Shown here piece by piece: positions 63,018 through 64,000 of a stretch of 64,000 nucleotides of DNA. The DNA is taken from positions 62,001-126,000 of the forward strand of contig NMRA01000449.1 in the NCBI GenBank assembly GCA_002633005.1, in the 5' to 3' direction. Position 1 is the stretch's first letter; every line of letters begins with the position of its first letter. The position numbers were made by a program, and so were the translations under genes. The notes beneath the pieces are model-generated. The model was not told the origin of the DNA. It worked only from the letters and a program-made list of their open reading frames with translations, and did not search any database. The DNA comes from Phoronis australis. Its lineage: Eukaryota; Animalia; Phoronida.

Positions 63018-64000
63018 TGTCAGACCAAAAAATCCAGTGGCTAAACAAAATTAACAATGTACCATTACCATGTGGCCCAGGATCATGATCCGTGCCTGGA
63101 CAAAAATTCAGTCTTAGAGTAGGTAAATTTTAGATTTGTGCTGTTCACACAAGCAGTTCTGGTGCAAACAAAGCTTGTGACAACACACAAGCCTACTTCC
63201 CTACACAGCTGTGCTGATAGAGTAATGCCCCCACTGGATTTAGCAGATCAGACAGAGTATTTACAGGTCCAGCCACTGTACTGTTTCCTCCCTTTGAATT
63301 TTTACAATGCTACATCCTTGACAATCGCAGATTGCCTCTTTTAATGCATACTCCACATCCTCTGTCCCAGTTTCCCCACATTTGCTGAAAGTGGCCTATC
63401 TCAACAAATTACTTCGGACCTGTTGTGGTATAAGCCAGTAATCTTTGGCAAATACTTTTTCCCCAACTCGTTCCTCAAGCTACAAATTGTCTTTGACATA
63501 TCTTCTGGGAGTAAACTTTACGGCCTCTCTCTAGCCCCCTCACTTAGTTGTCCAGAAGGGTACCTTCTTGCTGGTTGTGAACTTTTCCATACCCAACCTT
63601 TACTAATAATCGACAAGTCTCCAACTTCAGCAAAAGCCTTTCCTGATTCCTAAAATTGTGTTAATGAAAAATTAAACATATTAAATTTAATGTGGCCATT
63701 TCGGCTGAGAAAATATGAATAACAAGCTAAAGTGAAGGCACCAATATTTTTGATGGCTTTAGCACGTTTAATTAACTTCATAATCGCAGAAAATCATCGG
63801 TAGACAAAACATACTCCCTAGTCTTTTAAAGTAGTCCATGGGCAGAAGTCATGTTACACATTTGGTGGTCGTTAGGAAAAGTTATGATGACTACCTATTT
63901 TCTATGCCAATGTATACATGTTGCATAAACATCAACACGTTTGATATGATTAAGCAATAAGGCCCGAGTTATAAGCAATCACGGTGTGTCAATAAAAGTA

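Noticed and set aside
63138-63653. Possible exon of another gene after the gap
   Set aside because: No recognisable homology in any frame; cannot be supported.

Overview
Eukaryotic (invertebrate-animal-like, AT-rich, spliceosomal introns) genomic DNA. It holds two tandem, minus-strand, 11-exon paralogues of an SLC17 (sialin/VGLUT-family MFS anion transporter) gene. Gene A spans 20655-40809 (~535 aa) and gene B spans 42001-59909. They have identical intron phases and almost identical exon lengths. Both proteins lack the TM4 acidic and His residues linked to proton coupling in sialin/VGLUT, and both carry an extra Arg in TM10. Gene B has an in-frame TGA in its exon-2 homologue. The rest is mostly decayed mobile DNA: CR1-group (L2/Crack-like) LINEs in a ~4-4.8 kb tandem duplication joined at a single N (possible haplotig artefact), a Tc1/mariner DD37D-like element, TTAA-flanked Kolobok-like elements (one with a THAP domain), L1/Tx1, Hero-like, Penelope and DIRS/Ngaro remnants, Helentron-like repeats, MITEs and minisatellites. 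No CRISPR, rRNA or tRNA is supported. All calls are by eye; no searches were run.
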